Shown: positions 1 to 9,577 of the stretch, one piece after another
Numbering within the stretch: the stretch's first letter is position 1
How the letters are laid out: each line of letters opens with the position of its first letter
Assembly (NCBI GenBank): GCA_041658465.1
Contig: JBBAAC010000002.1
Location: 1-48,771, forward strand
DNA: 48,771 nt
DNA from: a bacterium
Lineage (GTDB): Bacteria > UBA10199 > 2-02-FULL-44-16 > JAAZCA01
Direction: 5' to 3'
Notes under the pieces: generated by a model
Database searches by the model: none
The model's input: the letters and a program-made list of their open reading frames with translations, nothing else
Told to the model about the DNA's origin: nothing
Made by a program: the position numbers and the translations under genes

Positions 1-2
1 CG

Positions 3-3000
3 TCCGATCGAATCATAATCTCGAGCGAGATCGGCGCAATCCCCCTCGCTGCGGACGAAATAGCAAGCGACGGCCAGCTCGAGCCCGGCTGCATGCTCAT
101 CGCGGACCTTGAAAACGGCACCCTCGTTCCGCCTGAGTCAGCGACCGAGTGGATCGTGGATCGCACCGGGCTCAACTTTCAAAACCTCGCTGCAGTGGAC
201 CTCCTTCCGATCGGAGCCGGCCGACAGAGTCGTCCGCTCCCGATCAAAGCTCTCAACACGTTTGGATGGACACAGGAGCGAATAGACCGTCTCCGCGAGC
301 TGATCAAGGGCGGGAAGGAACCGATCCACGGGATGGGCAATGACAGCCCGCTCGCGATCTTCAGCGAGAACCACTCAAGGCTCTACAGTTTTCTGCATCA
401 GATCGTGGCCGTGGTCACGAATCCGCCGATCGATCCGCTGCGCGAGGGCAATGCTATCGACACGACGGCATATCTCGGCCGTTCCCCGCGCTTGAGCAGG
501 AGGAGCGATTACAAGTCGTGGCCGCAGTACAAGCTCGATCATCCGATACTCACAAACGAGGAGATGGAGGCGATGATCTCCTCGCAAGTGCCGGAGCTCA
601 AGACGCACGAGATCGACGCGACCTTCATCGACAAGGGAAAGTCGCGTGAAATGGTTCGCCGCATACACGACCTTACGGACGAAGCGGTCCGCGTGATCCG
701 CTTGAGGCAGGCCTCGATCCTCGTAGTCTCCGACTATGCCTCCACGGAGGGCGACAGGCTCCCGCTGCCCATGCTTCTGGTCGTGAGCTCCATACATCAG
801 GCCCTCGCGGCAAAGGGCCTCCGGCGCGATGCGAGCATCGTGGTCGAGACGGGCAGCGCGCACGAGGGCCACGATTGCGCCATCCTGCTTTCCTACGGCG
901 CAACCGCCGTCAACCCTTACGCCATGCTGCACCTAGCCGGGGACTTCAAGGATCTGCCGCCCGATAAGGCCGCGGACAGCGTCATCAGGTCCATCGTGCA
1001 TACGCTGAGGCGCGTCATGTCGAAGATGGGCATCACCACGCTCACCGGATATCGCGGTTCAGCGCTCTTCGAGGCAATCGGAATATCGTCGGACGTCGTC
1101 GAATACTACATGCCTGATACCGTGTCGCGGCTCGGCGGCGTGACGATGGAGGACATATACGATGACATAGTCGCGCGCGCATCGAGCGGCGATGAAATTA
1201 TCGCGCGAAACAAGAACATCACGGTGTATCGGAAGGAGATCACCGACGCGCTGCAACTCGTGGCGCGCAACGGCAATGCCCGCGGCGACTACGATCGTTT
1301 TACAAAACTCCTCAATGAGACGCCGCCGGTGTATCTGAGAGATATGCTGGAATTCAAACCTTGCGACCGGCAATGCAACACAGACGACGTGGCGAGCGCC
1401 CATGAGATCGTGCGGACCACGATCCGCGGCGCTGCCATGTCGCACGGCGCGCTCAATTCAACCGCCCACCGCGCGATCGCCTCCGCGTTCAACAGCTTCG
1501 AATCCCTGTCGAGTTCCGGCGAGGGCGGAGAGGACGAGCGCCGGAACGCGGGCGGCGAATGGCATGAGGATCGCAGCAGGGTACGGCAGATTGCATCCGG
1601 CAGGTTCGGCGTGGACGCCGCGTATCTCGTGCATGCGGATGAAATCGAGATCAAGATCGGCCAGGGGGCAAAGCCCGGCGAGGGCGGACACCTCCCAGGC
1701 GCAAAGGTGACCGAAGAGATCGCGCGCATACGAAAGACAAAGGCCGGCATCGACCTCATCAGCCCTCCCCCGCATCACGACATATACAGCATCGAGGACC
1801 TTGCCCAGCTCGTTACAAACCTCCGCCAGCTCCATCCGCGCGTTGTCATCTCCGTGAAGGTACCTGCCGTCACAAATCTGGGAACGATCGGAATCGGGAT
1901 CGCAAAAGCCGGTGCGGACGTCATCGTGGTGAGCGGTTTCGAGGGAGGCACAGGCGCCGCGAGCTCCGGCAGCATCGCGCACGCGGGACTCCCCCTCGAT
2001 CGCGGCGTCTCCGAGTTGCATCAATATCTTGTGGTCAACGGAATCCGTTCCGCGGTGCGCATCCGCGCCGACGGCGGTATCAAGTCAGGCATGGATGCGG
2101 CAAAGATCATAGCGCTGGGCGCCGACGAAGTCTCTATCGGAACGCCGCTGCTCGTCGCAGAGAACTGCATCTTCTGCAGGGGCTGCAACAAGGGCAACTG
2201 TCCCGTGGGAATTGCAACGCAGGATGAGGCGATACAGAACAGGCGTTTCATGCGCCGGAATCCCGCTGACGGCGACGCCGGCCCCTCCACTGCACCTGAG
2301 CGATACGAAGAGGCAAAGGGCGGCGTCATCCGCTATCTCGAATGCATGGGCGGTCACTTGAGGCATGTCCTCGCCTCGCTCTGCCTTACGCACCCGCGCG
2401 AGCTTGTGGGCAGGGTGGATCTATTGAGACAGCGAAACTCCGGCAACTCCAAGTGGGATCGCCTGGACCTTACAGATCTGCTGCAGGATTTCCGCGCTGA
2501 CATGCAAAGCACGCCGGGCCTTTTGCGCTCGCAGCATGCCGCAGTTTCCCGCGGGAACATGGAGATCATAAACGGCGCGAAGGAATTGCTCGAAGGGAAA
2601 AAAGATCGAGCGACTATTTCCATCCACCTTGAAAACTGCGACCACGCCGTCGGGGCAACGCTCGCGGGCGAAATCGCACGGATGAAGGGATCGGGCGTCG
2701 AGAGGTACGTGGAGATCGATGCGACCGGATACGCCGGCCATGGATTCGGCTTTGCTGCGACAGACGGCATGGCCTTGAGGCTCAAAGGGTTTGCCAACGA
2801 CGGCGTGGCAGAGGCCATGAGTGGATCCACGCGCATCGTGATAGTGCCGCCCGACGGCTGCAGGGACGGTTCATCGCCGCACCTCGCGGGAAACGCCGCG
2901 GCATATGGCGCAACAGGCGGACGCCTCTACATAGCGGGACGGACAGGACAGCGCTTTGGCGTGCGCAATTCAGGCGCCGTCCTCGTCTGCGAGGGCACGG

Positions 3001-3302
3001 GCAAGTACGCATTTGAGTATATGACCGGCGGGATCGGAGTGGTGCTTGGAAAGTGCGGTACATGCATCGGATCTGGAATGACAGGCGGTGAACTCTTTAT
3101 CCATGATCCGGAAGGGAATGCGCGGTCGCGCCTTCACTCGGATGTCGCTGCACAAGATTGTATTTCTCAACCTGGCAAGGATCGCGCTCTTAGGGAGATC
3201 CTTGAGGACTACGCCGAGAAGACGAGGAGCCCGCGCGTGCGCAAACTCCTCACCGATTGGCAAGCTGCTATTGCGAACTTCGTATTCGTACACCCTCGCT
3301 GA
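3..3302 (+). CDS. gltB: Glutamate synthase large subunit, 5'-truncated by the window edge
   Basis: The frame of the listed ORF (93..3302) stays open back to nt 3. The upstream residues SSEIGAIPL..GQLEPGCMLIADL look like the end of the amidotransferase domain. Central and FMN domain motifs are present (SSGEGGEDERR, IKIGQGAKPGEGGHLPG, SPPPHHDIYSIEDL), as is the C-terminal GXGXG domain (GYAGHGFGF, GNAAAYGATGG, GTGKYAFEYMTGG). Confidence 0.9.
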   Translation, partial: SDRIIISSEIGAIPLAADEIASDGQLEPGCMLIADLENGTLVPPESATEWIVDRTGLNFQNLAAVDLLPIGAGRQSRPLPIKALNTFGWTQERIDRLRELIKGGKEPIHGMGNDSPLAIFSENHSRLYSFLHQIVAVVTNPPIDPLREGNAIDTTAYLGRSPRLSRRSDYKSWPQYKLDHPILTNEEMEAMISSQVPELKTHEIDATFIDKGKSREMVRRIHDLTDEAVRVIRLRQASILVVSDYASTEGDRLPLPMLLVVSSIHQALAAKGLRRDASIVVETGSAHEGHDCAILLSYGATAVNPYAMLHLAGDFKDLPPDKAADSVIRSIVHTLRRVMSKMGITTLTGYRGSALFEAIGISSDVVEYYMPDTVSRLGGVTMEDIYDDIVARASSGDEIIARNKNITVYRKEITDALQLVARNGNARGDYDRFTKLLNETPPVYLRDMLEFKPCDRQCNTDDVASAHEIVRTTIRGAAMSHGALNSTAHRAIASAFNSFESLSSSGEGGEDERRNAGGEWHEDRSRVRQIASGRFGVDAAYLVHADEIEIKIGQGAKPGEGGHLPGAKVTEEIARIRKTKAGIDLISPPPHHDIYSIEDLAQLVTNLRQLHPRVVISVKVPAVTNLGTIGIGIAKAGADVIVVSGFEGGTGAASSGSIAHAGLPLDRGVSELHQYLVVNGIRSAVRIRADGGIKSGMDAAKIIALGADEVSIGTPLLVAENCIFCRGCNKGNCPVGIATQDEAIQNRRFMRRNPADGDAGPSTAPERYEEAKGGVIRYLECMGGHLRHVLASLCLTHPRELVGRVDLLRQRNSGNSKWDRLDLTDLLQDFRADMQSTPGLLRSQHAAVSRGNMEIINGAKELLEGKKDRATISIHLENCDHAVGATLAGEIARMKGSGVERYVEIDATGYAGHGFGFAATDGMALRLKGFANDGVAEAMSGSTRIVIVPPDGCRDGSSPHLAGNAAAYGATGGRLYIAGRTGQRFGVRNSGAVLVCEGTGKYAFEYMTGGIGVVLGKCGTCIGSGMTGGELFIHDPEGNARSRLHSDVAAQDCISQPGKDRALREILEDYAEKTRSPRVRKLLTDWQAAIANFVFVHPR

Positions 3303-3307
3303 TCCGC

Positions 3308-3817
3308 CTACCATCGATTCTTATGCACCTTTGATGCGTCGTACCGATCTTCTGCTGCTTTCTGCTCGCCGGGATGCCCTATCGAGATGATCGCTAGAGG
3401 AATCACCTCCGGAGGCAGATCGAGGAGTTTGCGCACTCCGCCCGCGATATCCTCACGCGGGTGCACGCCCAGCCACACAGCGCCCAATCCGAGCGCATGG
3501 GCAGCGAGCAGCAGGTTTTGTGTGGCAGCCGAGCAGTCCTGAACCCAGAACCCAGAGTGTTTTTCCTTGCTCGTATCGCCCAGGATCGCTATCGCCAGCG
3601 GCGCATCGTGCAGCATTTTTGAGTACGGATGAAATTTCGGAATTTCGTCGAGTATCTTGCGATCGTCGATCACCACGAAATGCCACAGCTGCTCGTTGCC
3701 GGCCGACGGCGCGCTCATGGCTGCGCGCAAGAGCTTCTCGACCGTCTCCGCAGGCACCGCGTCTTTGGTATATTTCCTGATGCTGCGCCTGGTGAGTATC
3801 GCTTCATATGCATCCAT
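3308..3817 (-). CDS. Nitroreductase family protein
   Basis: Nitroreductase-like N-terminus (AILTRRSIRKYT, SAPSAGNEQLWHFVVI). Start moved from 3877 to ATG 3815-3817 (MDAYEAIL), which has AAGGGGG about 6 nt upstream. Confidence 0.85.
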   Translation of the reverse strand: MDAYEAILTRRSIRKYTKDAVPAETVEKLLRAAMSAPSAGNEQLWHFVVIDDRKILDEIPKFHPYSKMLHDAPLAIAILGDTSKEKHSGFWVQDCSAATQNLLLAAHALGLGAVWLGVHPREDIAGGVRKLLDLPPEVIPLAIISIGHPGEQKAAEDRYDASKVHKNRW

Positions 3818-3987
3818 ACGTGCCCCCTTTCGTCTTAATGACGACCGGAGACTATACTCGAAAAAGAAAGTATGCAATCAATAGCCGCCTCCGAATACAT
3901 ATGTTCGGCGCTCTGGTAGGGGTGTGTGCATCGAGGTACGCCGTCGTCGCCTCGCCAAATGAGTGTCGGCTTCGGGTCCTGTCCCTA

Positions 3988-4200
3988 GTCCCTGTTCGCT
4001 CGGAGTAGAGGGTTTTCTTGCTGCGCCTTCCCTCCGCCTACTCGTCGTGAAAAACGTGCTGCTTTCAAAGACGTGAGTTCGGTATCTTCCTCCGTCAGCT
4101 CCGAACTCACGAAAGCAGTCGCGTTTTTCACTCCTCATACGGCTCCGGTCAGCCCGGCGCTTGATGCTTCGAAAACCCTCTACTCCGAGCGAACAGGGAC
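3988..4200. repeat. 213-bp nested palindrome (long hairpin element)
   Basis: The arm GTCCCTGTTCGCTCGGAGTAGAGGGTTTTC (3988-4017) is the exact reverse complement of 4171-4200 (30/30). An inner imperfect arm pair lies at 4047-4066 / 4111-4131. An apical 11-bp stem lies at 4072-4082 / 4101-4111 (CGTGAGTTCGG / CCGAACTCACG). Confidence 0.85.
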
Positions 4201-4322
4201 CATTGTCAGAGCTGGAAGGAAGCCGACAAGCATGGGCGAGGCAACGTGTACACATCGACAAACAACTCCAGACCTGGGCGCTCAAGATGGATGGTCGTCG
4301 GTGACTGATTGAAGGTCTCTTT

Positions 4323-4656
4323 GACGGCGTTCCGGGATCGTCTGTTTCGGAACATCGCCGGGAGCAGCGGGGCAAGCGTCTTCGCAAGGCGATAAAAAGC
4401 AGCGAGGGCATGCTGATCGATTACGGCACGGAGCAAGCGGAGACCCGCGGCAGGCTTCGAGCAATGGGGACCGCGATGGCGAAAATTCGACCGTTAGCCG
4501 CAGAAACCGCGTTTTACTCCGTGTCGGCTTGCCCGCCTGCCGGCCGGCGGGCAGGCGAGATGCCAGCCGCAGGTCACCGCGTACTCCGGCACGGTGTTAG
4601 CTTGCGAGATGATAGCCAGAGGCGCGTTCCGAAACAGATGATCCCGAAACACCGTC
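4323..4656. repeat. 334-bp element bounded by 31-nt inverted repeats
   Basis: GACGGCGTTCCGGGATCGTCTGTTTCGGAAC (4323-4353) matches the reverse complement of 4626-4656 at 28/31. The interior is also partly self-complementary and contains a GC-rich palindrome around 4530-4556 (GCCCGCCTGCCGGCCGGCGGGCAGGC). Confidence 0.75.
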
Positions 4657-4721
4657 GCAGTCGTGGCCTTCGGTCGGATATTTTCGATGCAAAATACGTG
4701 GGCATGCGATAATTTAGGGGC

Positions 4722-6131
4722 ATGAAAAAACACACGAAGATAATTGCAACGATCGGGCCGGCCTCGTCATCAGCGCTGGTGCTCGAGAAGATGATGCGGG
4801 CTGGAATGGACGCTGCGAGGCTCAACTGCTCGCACGGCACGCATGACGAGCACACGCAATCGATCGCGCTTATCCGACAGGCGGAGCGCAAGGTCGGCCG
4901 GCCCATTGCCATCCACGCGGACCTGGGGGGCCCTAAGATACGCACGGGCGTCATCCCGGGCGGCACGCCGATAGACCTGAGGCAAGGCGCTGAAGTGGTC
5001 TTCGCGCCGGAGGGCCAGGCGCGCGGACGGGAGATCCCCGTCACCTATGCGAAGCTTGCGAGCGACGTCCGGCGCGGCGAGCGCATACTCATCGACGACG
5101 GCAAGATCTCTGTCGAGGTATTGAAGACTTCGGCCGGAAAGGTCGTGGCAAGGGTGATCGACGGCGGTCCGCTGCGGGATCACAAGGGCATAAACCTCCC
5201 CGGCACATCCCTGTCGACCAGCGCCATTACAAAGAAGGACGAGCTGGACCTGAAATTCGCCCTGCGCGCGGGCGTGGATTCCATCGGCGTATCTTTTGTG
5301 CAGGGCGCGGCGGATATCACGCGCGTGCGGACCCTCATGAAGCGGTTCGGCCGCATTGTGCCTATCGTCGCCAAGATCGAACGCGGCATCGCGGTGACGC
5401 GGCTCGATGAGATCATAGCGGAAACCGACGCGGTGATGGTGGCGCGCGGGGATCTCGGCGTCGAGACCCCGATCGAGGAGGTGCCGATCCTGCAGAAGCG
5501 CATAATTGCGGCCTGCGCCGTAGCGAGAAGGCCCGTGATCGTCGCGACGCAGATGCTGGAGAGCATGATAAAGGATATGCGACCCACGCGCGCCGAGGTC
5601 ACCGACGTCTCGAACGCGGTCTTCGAGGGCGCAGATGCCGTGATGCTCTCAGCGGAGACTTCCGTGGGCTGCGACCCCGCGAACGCGGTTGAGACGATGG
5701 CCAGGATCGTGGAGGCATCCGAGGTGAGCGACTATCTCCCCCATCGGGATTACGTGCCGGAGGATTCGGAGAGGACAGTGGCAATGGCGACCGCGCGCGC
5801 CGCGTGCTTTGCAGCCGAGGAGGCGTGCGCGAGGGCGATTCTCGTCTTCACGATGACCGGCAGGTCCGCGAGGATGGTCTCTTCGCAGCGACCTTGCGTG
5901 GATATCGCGGCCATAACATCGAGCGACGATATCGCGCGGCGCACCGCGTTCTACTGGGGCGTGACGCCGGTCAAGATCCGCGCGTGGCGCTCGATCGACT
6001 CCATGATCGAAGCGGGGGTCGCGGCGATGAAGGCCCGAAAGCTCCTCAAGCCCGGCGACGCGATCGTAACAGTCTGCGGCACCGCCACCGTTGCAGGCGC
6101 CACGAACATGATTAAGGTGCTCAGGGTGTGA
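4722..6131 (+). CDS. pyk: Pyruvate kinase
   Basis: 469 aa. Typical N-terminus (TKIIATIGPAS), the MVARGDLGVE motif, and a full-length barrel plus C-terminal domain. Confidence 0.95.
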   Translation: MKKHTKIIATIGPASSSALVLEKMMRAGMDAARLNCSHGTHDEHTQSIALIRQAERKVGRPIAIHADLGGPKIRTGVIPGGTPIDLRQGAEVVFAPEGQARGREIPVTYAKLASDVRRGERILIDDGKISVEVLKTSAGKVVARVIDGGPLRDHKGINLPGTSLSTSAITKKDELDLKFALRAGVDSIGVSFVQGAADITRVRTLMKRFGRIVPIVAKIERGIAVTRLDEIIAETDAVMVARGDLGVETPIEEVPILQKRIIAACAVARRPVIVATQMLESMIKDMRPTRAEVTDVSNAVFEGADAVMLSAETSVGCDPANAVETMARIVEASEVSDYLPHRDYVPEDSERTVAMATARAACFAAEEACARAILVFTMTGRSARMVSSQRPCVDIAAITSSDDIARRTAFYWGVTPVKIRAWRSIDSMIEAGVAAMKARKLLKPGDAIVTVCGTATVAGATNMIKVLRV

Positions 6132-6141
6132 GCTGGGATCT

Positions 6142-6522
6142 CTAATGACCTGATTCCAGAGCAACGAGCCGACACTCGTAATTTTCGCATCGCTCGGCAA
6201 CGCGGTTGATCTTGGAGCAGATCCTGCGCTCCATATCCAGCATATCGTCCTTGAGGTTGCGGAAGGCAAGCTCCAGAGTTGAGATGCGGTTTTCAAGATT
6301 TGTAACGCGGGTTTCAAGATTTATAATGCGACTTTCAAGACTCGAAATACGACCCCCAAGCTCATCGCTGGAAGCCTTTACGCACTCAAGGATGAGCTGT
6401 ATCTTGGAATTAAGTTCTTCGATGAGTACCGCATTGTAATGCATCAACGTCTCCTTCTCATCTAAATCTTCGACCGGCGTGTCGAGCCGCGCCACCTTCT
6501 CAACACCCTTCTTCTTTGCCAT
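6142..6522 (-). CDS. Small coiled-coil protein with in-phase 21-bp repeats (hypothetical)
   Basis: Start set at ATG 6520-6522 (MAKKKGVEK) with GGAGG 5 nt upstream. Heptad register LESRIIN LETRVTN LENRIST LELAFRN is encoded by about four tandem 21-bp units at roughly 6280-6365. I recognise no family. Confidence 0.55.
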   Translation of the reverse strand: MAKKKGVEKVARLDTPVEDLDEKETLMHYNAVLIEELNSKIQLILECVKASSDELGGRISSLESRIINLETRVTNLENRISTLELAFRNLKDDMLDMERRICSKINRVAERCENYECRLVALESGH

Positions 6523-6826
6523 ACAGCCTCCGATCATCTATGGGGCATGCGATTGCCTGTCAACGGAATACCTCTATATTCGTTGCAAGCTGCATGCCGC
6601 CAAACGGAGGCCTTGAAGATCAATGTAACATATTGAAATCCCGAATATCAGTATGAACCACTCAGACGCGCATCAGGACCGGACTGCAGCATTTCGCAGC
6701 AGTACCGCCGAAAATGATGCAGTTCACTATTTCACGTGTCTCCCGGAGTATTTCAAACCACACCACTGCCTTTCGGCAGGCAAGCCCGCGCGAGGCGCTG
6801 CTTTCTTTACCAGACTCGGCTGTCCA

Positions 6827-8383
6827 CTATTCCACGATCTTCATCTTGAGTATCCGGTCCACGCGGAAGACGCGCTCCTCGCCGCGCAGGGCGCACGAGG
6901 CTCGCACGCCTGGAAAGGTCCAGCCTTCATAGTCCATATCTCCACAATCAAAAGGCCTGATCACGCGCCTGGACTCCACGTCGTTCGACTTGAGATAGAC
7001 GATCTCCAGGCGCCGTTTCTCCCTTATCGCCTCTTCTATCATCGCGACCTTTTGTTCGAGCGGAAGCTCCTCTTCAGAGACTGCGTAGCGGTGCGAGGTG
7101 AGAAAATTCACCACGCGCCAGTCGACCCGCACGTGCGATTTCCTGAGCGGCCGCGCGAGCGTCATCCCTTCCATCGTCCGTAGGCGGCTGAGCGCCACGT
7201 AGACCTGGCCCGCGGCGAACGCCCGGCCCGCGTCTATCACGGCGCTGTCAAAGGTCTTGCCCTGCGACTTGTGGATCGTGACCGCCCACGCGAGCATGAC
7301 CGGCAGCTGCGTGAAGTTACCCGCCGCCTCGGAGACGATCTTCTTTGATTTCTCGTCCAGATCAAAGTGGAACATGCGCCACGTGTATGGCTCCACCTCT
7401 TCTATGCCGCCGTCCTGCAGCTGCACGCTGATCGATTCCTCGCCCATCCCTACGATTGTGCCTATCGTCCCGTTCACCCAGCGGCCCAGGCTGTCGTTAT
7501 TGAGCAGCATCACCTGCGCCCCGACCTTGAGCCTGATCGCGCGATCCGCGGGGGATGATTTCTCGTCAAAGCTGCCGGAGACGCTGGCCTCGTACTCCCG
7601 CGTCCTGCCCTTGAGCCTTGAGAGCCTCTGCTCGTTTATTTCGTCGGCCTCGCGATTGAGCGCGGTGAGGTATATCGATCCATCGTCGCAGGCAGTCCCT
7701 GCCCTGGAGACGCGCGCGTTGAGGCGCATGATCCCCGCGTCGTCTATCGTGTTGTTCCTCACTGCATTGAGCAGCTCGATGAAGGCGTCGTCGTGCTGGC
7801 GATAGACCTTCTCGAGCTCCAGCAACACGGCGCCCATCTTCTCATATGCCTTGGAATCGAAGAAGTACGGGCTCTTGTAGTGAAGCGAAAATATCTCGCG
7901 CTCGCGAGAGGTGACAACCGGCGGGAGCTGGTAGAGATCGCCGATCATCACGACGGCCACGCCGCCGAACGGCTGCGACCTCTTGTCCCTCACAACGCGC
8001 AGGAACGCGTCTGCGCAATCGAACAGGTCGGCGCGCACCATGGAGATCTCGTCGATGACGAGCGTCTCCATCCTTTGATAGACGCCGGCACGTCCGTCAT
8101 CGACCGCCTTCTTCGCAGCGCGGCGCGCCTTTTCTACGGTGATGTCCGGCTTGAATCCGAAGAAGGAATGGATGGTCTGGCCGCGTATGTTGATGGCCGC
8201 GACGCCGGTGGGCGCCACGACCACAACCTGCCGGCTCGTATTCGCCCGGAAATACGAAAGGAGCGTGGACTTGCCTGTGCCGGCCTTCCCGGTCACGAAG
8301 AGGTTGCTCCCACCCTCTTCCATGAGCGCAAGCGCCTTTGCAAAGAGCTCGTTGATCTCGATGTTGCGGTCTTGTGCGGGCAT
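6827..8383 (-). CDS. PIF1/RecD-like SF1B DNA helicase with a C-terminal WYL-like domain
   Basis: Walker A GKAGTGKST, Walker B LVIDEISMV, plus GDLYQLPPV, TIHKSQGKTFD and YVALSRLRT. The last ~80 aa (RRLEIVYLKSNDVESRRVIRPFD..WTFPGVRASC..ERVFRVDRI) have the WYL-domain pattern. Confidence 0.8.
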   Translation of the reverse strand: MPAQDRNIEINELFAKALALMEEGGSNLFVTGKAGTGKSTLLSYFRANTSRQVVVVAPTGVAAINIRGQTIHSFFGFKPDITVEKARRAAKKAVDDGRAGVYQRMETLVIDEISMVRADLFDCADAFLRVVRDKRSQPFGGVAVVMIGDLYQLPPVVTSREREIFSLHYKSPYFFDSKAYEKMGAVLLELEKVYRQHDDAFIELLNAVRNNTIDDAGIMRLNARVSRAGTACDDGSIYLTALNREADEINEQRLSRLKGRTREYEASVSGSFDEKSSPADRAIRLKVGAQVMLLNNDSLGRWVNGTIGTIVGMGEESISVQLQDGGIEEVEPYTWRMFHFDLDEKSKKIVSEAAGNFTQLPVMLAWAVTIHKSQGKTFDSAVIDAGRAFAAGQVYVALSRLRTMEGMTLARPLRKSHVRVDWRVVNFLTSHRYAVSEEELPLEQKVAMIEEAIREKRRLEIVYLKSNDVESRRVIRPFDCGDMDYEGWTFPGVRASCALRGEERVFRVDRILKMKIVE

Positions 8384-8419
8384 TAGCGTTCCCTACGTTG
8401 GAGGGCGTTCACTTTGCAA

Positions 8420-9577
8420 CTAACGAATTTGCACGGCCAGCGCCTTCAAATAGAGCGACTCCGGAAGATGGCGCATGACGGGATGGTCCGCGTCCTGGAT
8501 CCCGCGCCAGATGACCTCGCCGCTCAGATCCGACTTCCTGATGCAATCGAGCACCGCCGTCTCAAGGATTCTCTCCGATATCTTGTGGGAACATGAACTG
8601 ATCATCAGTATGCCGTCATGGCTCAGGATGCGCAGGGCATTTGAGATCAGCTTGCCGTACCCGTGCACTGCCTGAGAGAGCTTTGCGTGCTCCTTTGCCA
8701 TGGCGGGCGGGTCTATATGAATGAAGTCGAAGCTGCGGTCGCACTCCGCGAGATAATCGAATGCATCCGCCTTCACGAATTCGACGTTCTGGTGCTTGTT
8801 GAGCCTCGCGTTCACAATGGCGGCATCGAGCGCTGATTGTGATGAATCGACGGCTGTCACATGCCGCGCCGCCCTCGCGATCTGGCACGAGAACCAGCCA
8901 TTATAGCAGAACGCATCGAGGCAATCGCCGCGCGCCAGGTCGCGCGCCTTGAGCCTGATGCCGCGATAATCCAGATATGCGCCGGTCTTTTGTCCTCCGA
9001 GCACGTCCACGTCGAAGAGCTGGTCCCCCTCGCGCACGATTGTGCCGCGTTTTTGGCCGTAAACGACCTTCTCAATACGGGGAAGCCCTTCGGTCCCGCG
9101 GATGGCGATGTCGTCCTTCTCGACGATCGACTCGGGATGGAAGATTTCCGTGATGATCTCCACGAGATCCGCCTTGATCTGCTCCGCGCCCGCTGACGTG
9201 ATCTGAAAGGAGAAGATATCATTGTAGCGATCCACGACGACCGACGGCATGCCGTCGCTCTCCGAATATACGACGCGATACGCGTCCGTGATATCGGAGA
9301 GCCTCGTCCTGCGCTCGTTTGCGCGGACGATGAGTTCCCGCCAGAATGCACGGTCGATAGTCGCGTCATCGCGCGTGATCATGCGCAGAAAATAGCGCTC
9401 CTTGGGCGAAAGAAACGCGAGGCCCAGGAAACGCTTGCGCTTGTCCAGCACTCGCGCGATGCCGGGCAGCCTGGGCAGGCGGCCGACGACCTCGCGCTCC
9501 GAGAACCAGAGCACGCCGTCCGCCAGACGCTTCGCAGCGGCGTTCTCTAGTATTACTGTCGAGTGAACTGAGAGCAT
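8420..9577 (-). CDS. rlmI: Class I SAM-dependent rRNA (cytosine-C5) methyltransferase, RlmI-like
   Basis: PUA-like N-terminal region followed by a Rossmann methyltransferase (CLDAFCYNGWFS, AVDSS, FIHIDPPAMAK). Confidence 0.75.
   Translation of the reverse strand: MLSVHSTVILENAAAKRLADGVLWFSEREVVGRLPRLPGIARVLDKRKRFLGLAFLSPKERYFLRMITRDDATIDRAFWRELIVRANERRTRLSDITDAYRVVYSESDGMPSVVVDRYNDIFSFQITSAGAEQIKADLVEIITEIFHPESIVEKDDIAIRGTEGLPRIEKVVYGQKRGTIVREGDQLFDVDVLGGQKTGAYLDYRGIRLKARDLARGDCLDAFCYNGWFSCQIARAARHVTAVDSSQSALDAAIVNARLNKHQNVEFVKADAFDYLAECDRSFDFIHIDPPAMAKEHAKLSQAVHGYGKLISNALRILSHDGILMISSCSHKISERILETAVLDCIRKSDLSGEVIWRGIQDADHPVMRHLPESLYLKALAVQIR

Noticed and set aside
4329-4650. The CRISPR-repeat-like 25-mer GTTCCGAAACAGAYGATCCCGRAAC
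   Set aside because: There are only two copies, in opposite orientation and about 270 bp apart. There is no array periodicity and no cas genes, so I treat it as the termini of an inverted-repeat element.
4206-4733. Minus-strand ORFs 4206..4436 and 4494..4733 as remnants of a transposase or other decayed gene
   Set aside because: I could not match the peptides to any family from memory. Their shared FRN/FRD strings come from the palindromic repeat itself. The question stays open pending BLASTX.
6558-6563. A perfect TTGACA (minus strand) upstream of the coiled-coil gene as a -35 box
   Set aside because: No acceptable -10 lies at 16-18 nt (TAGATG / ATAGAT). The implied transcription start would also fall inside the SD.
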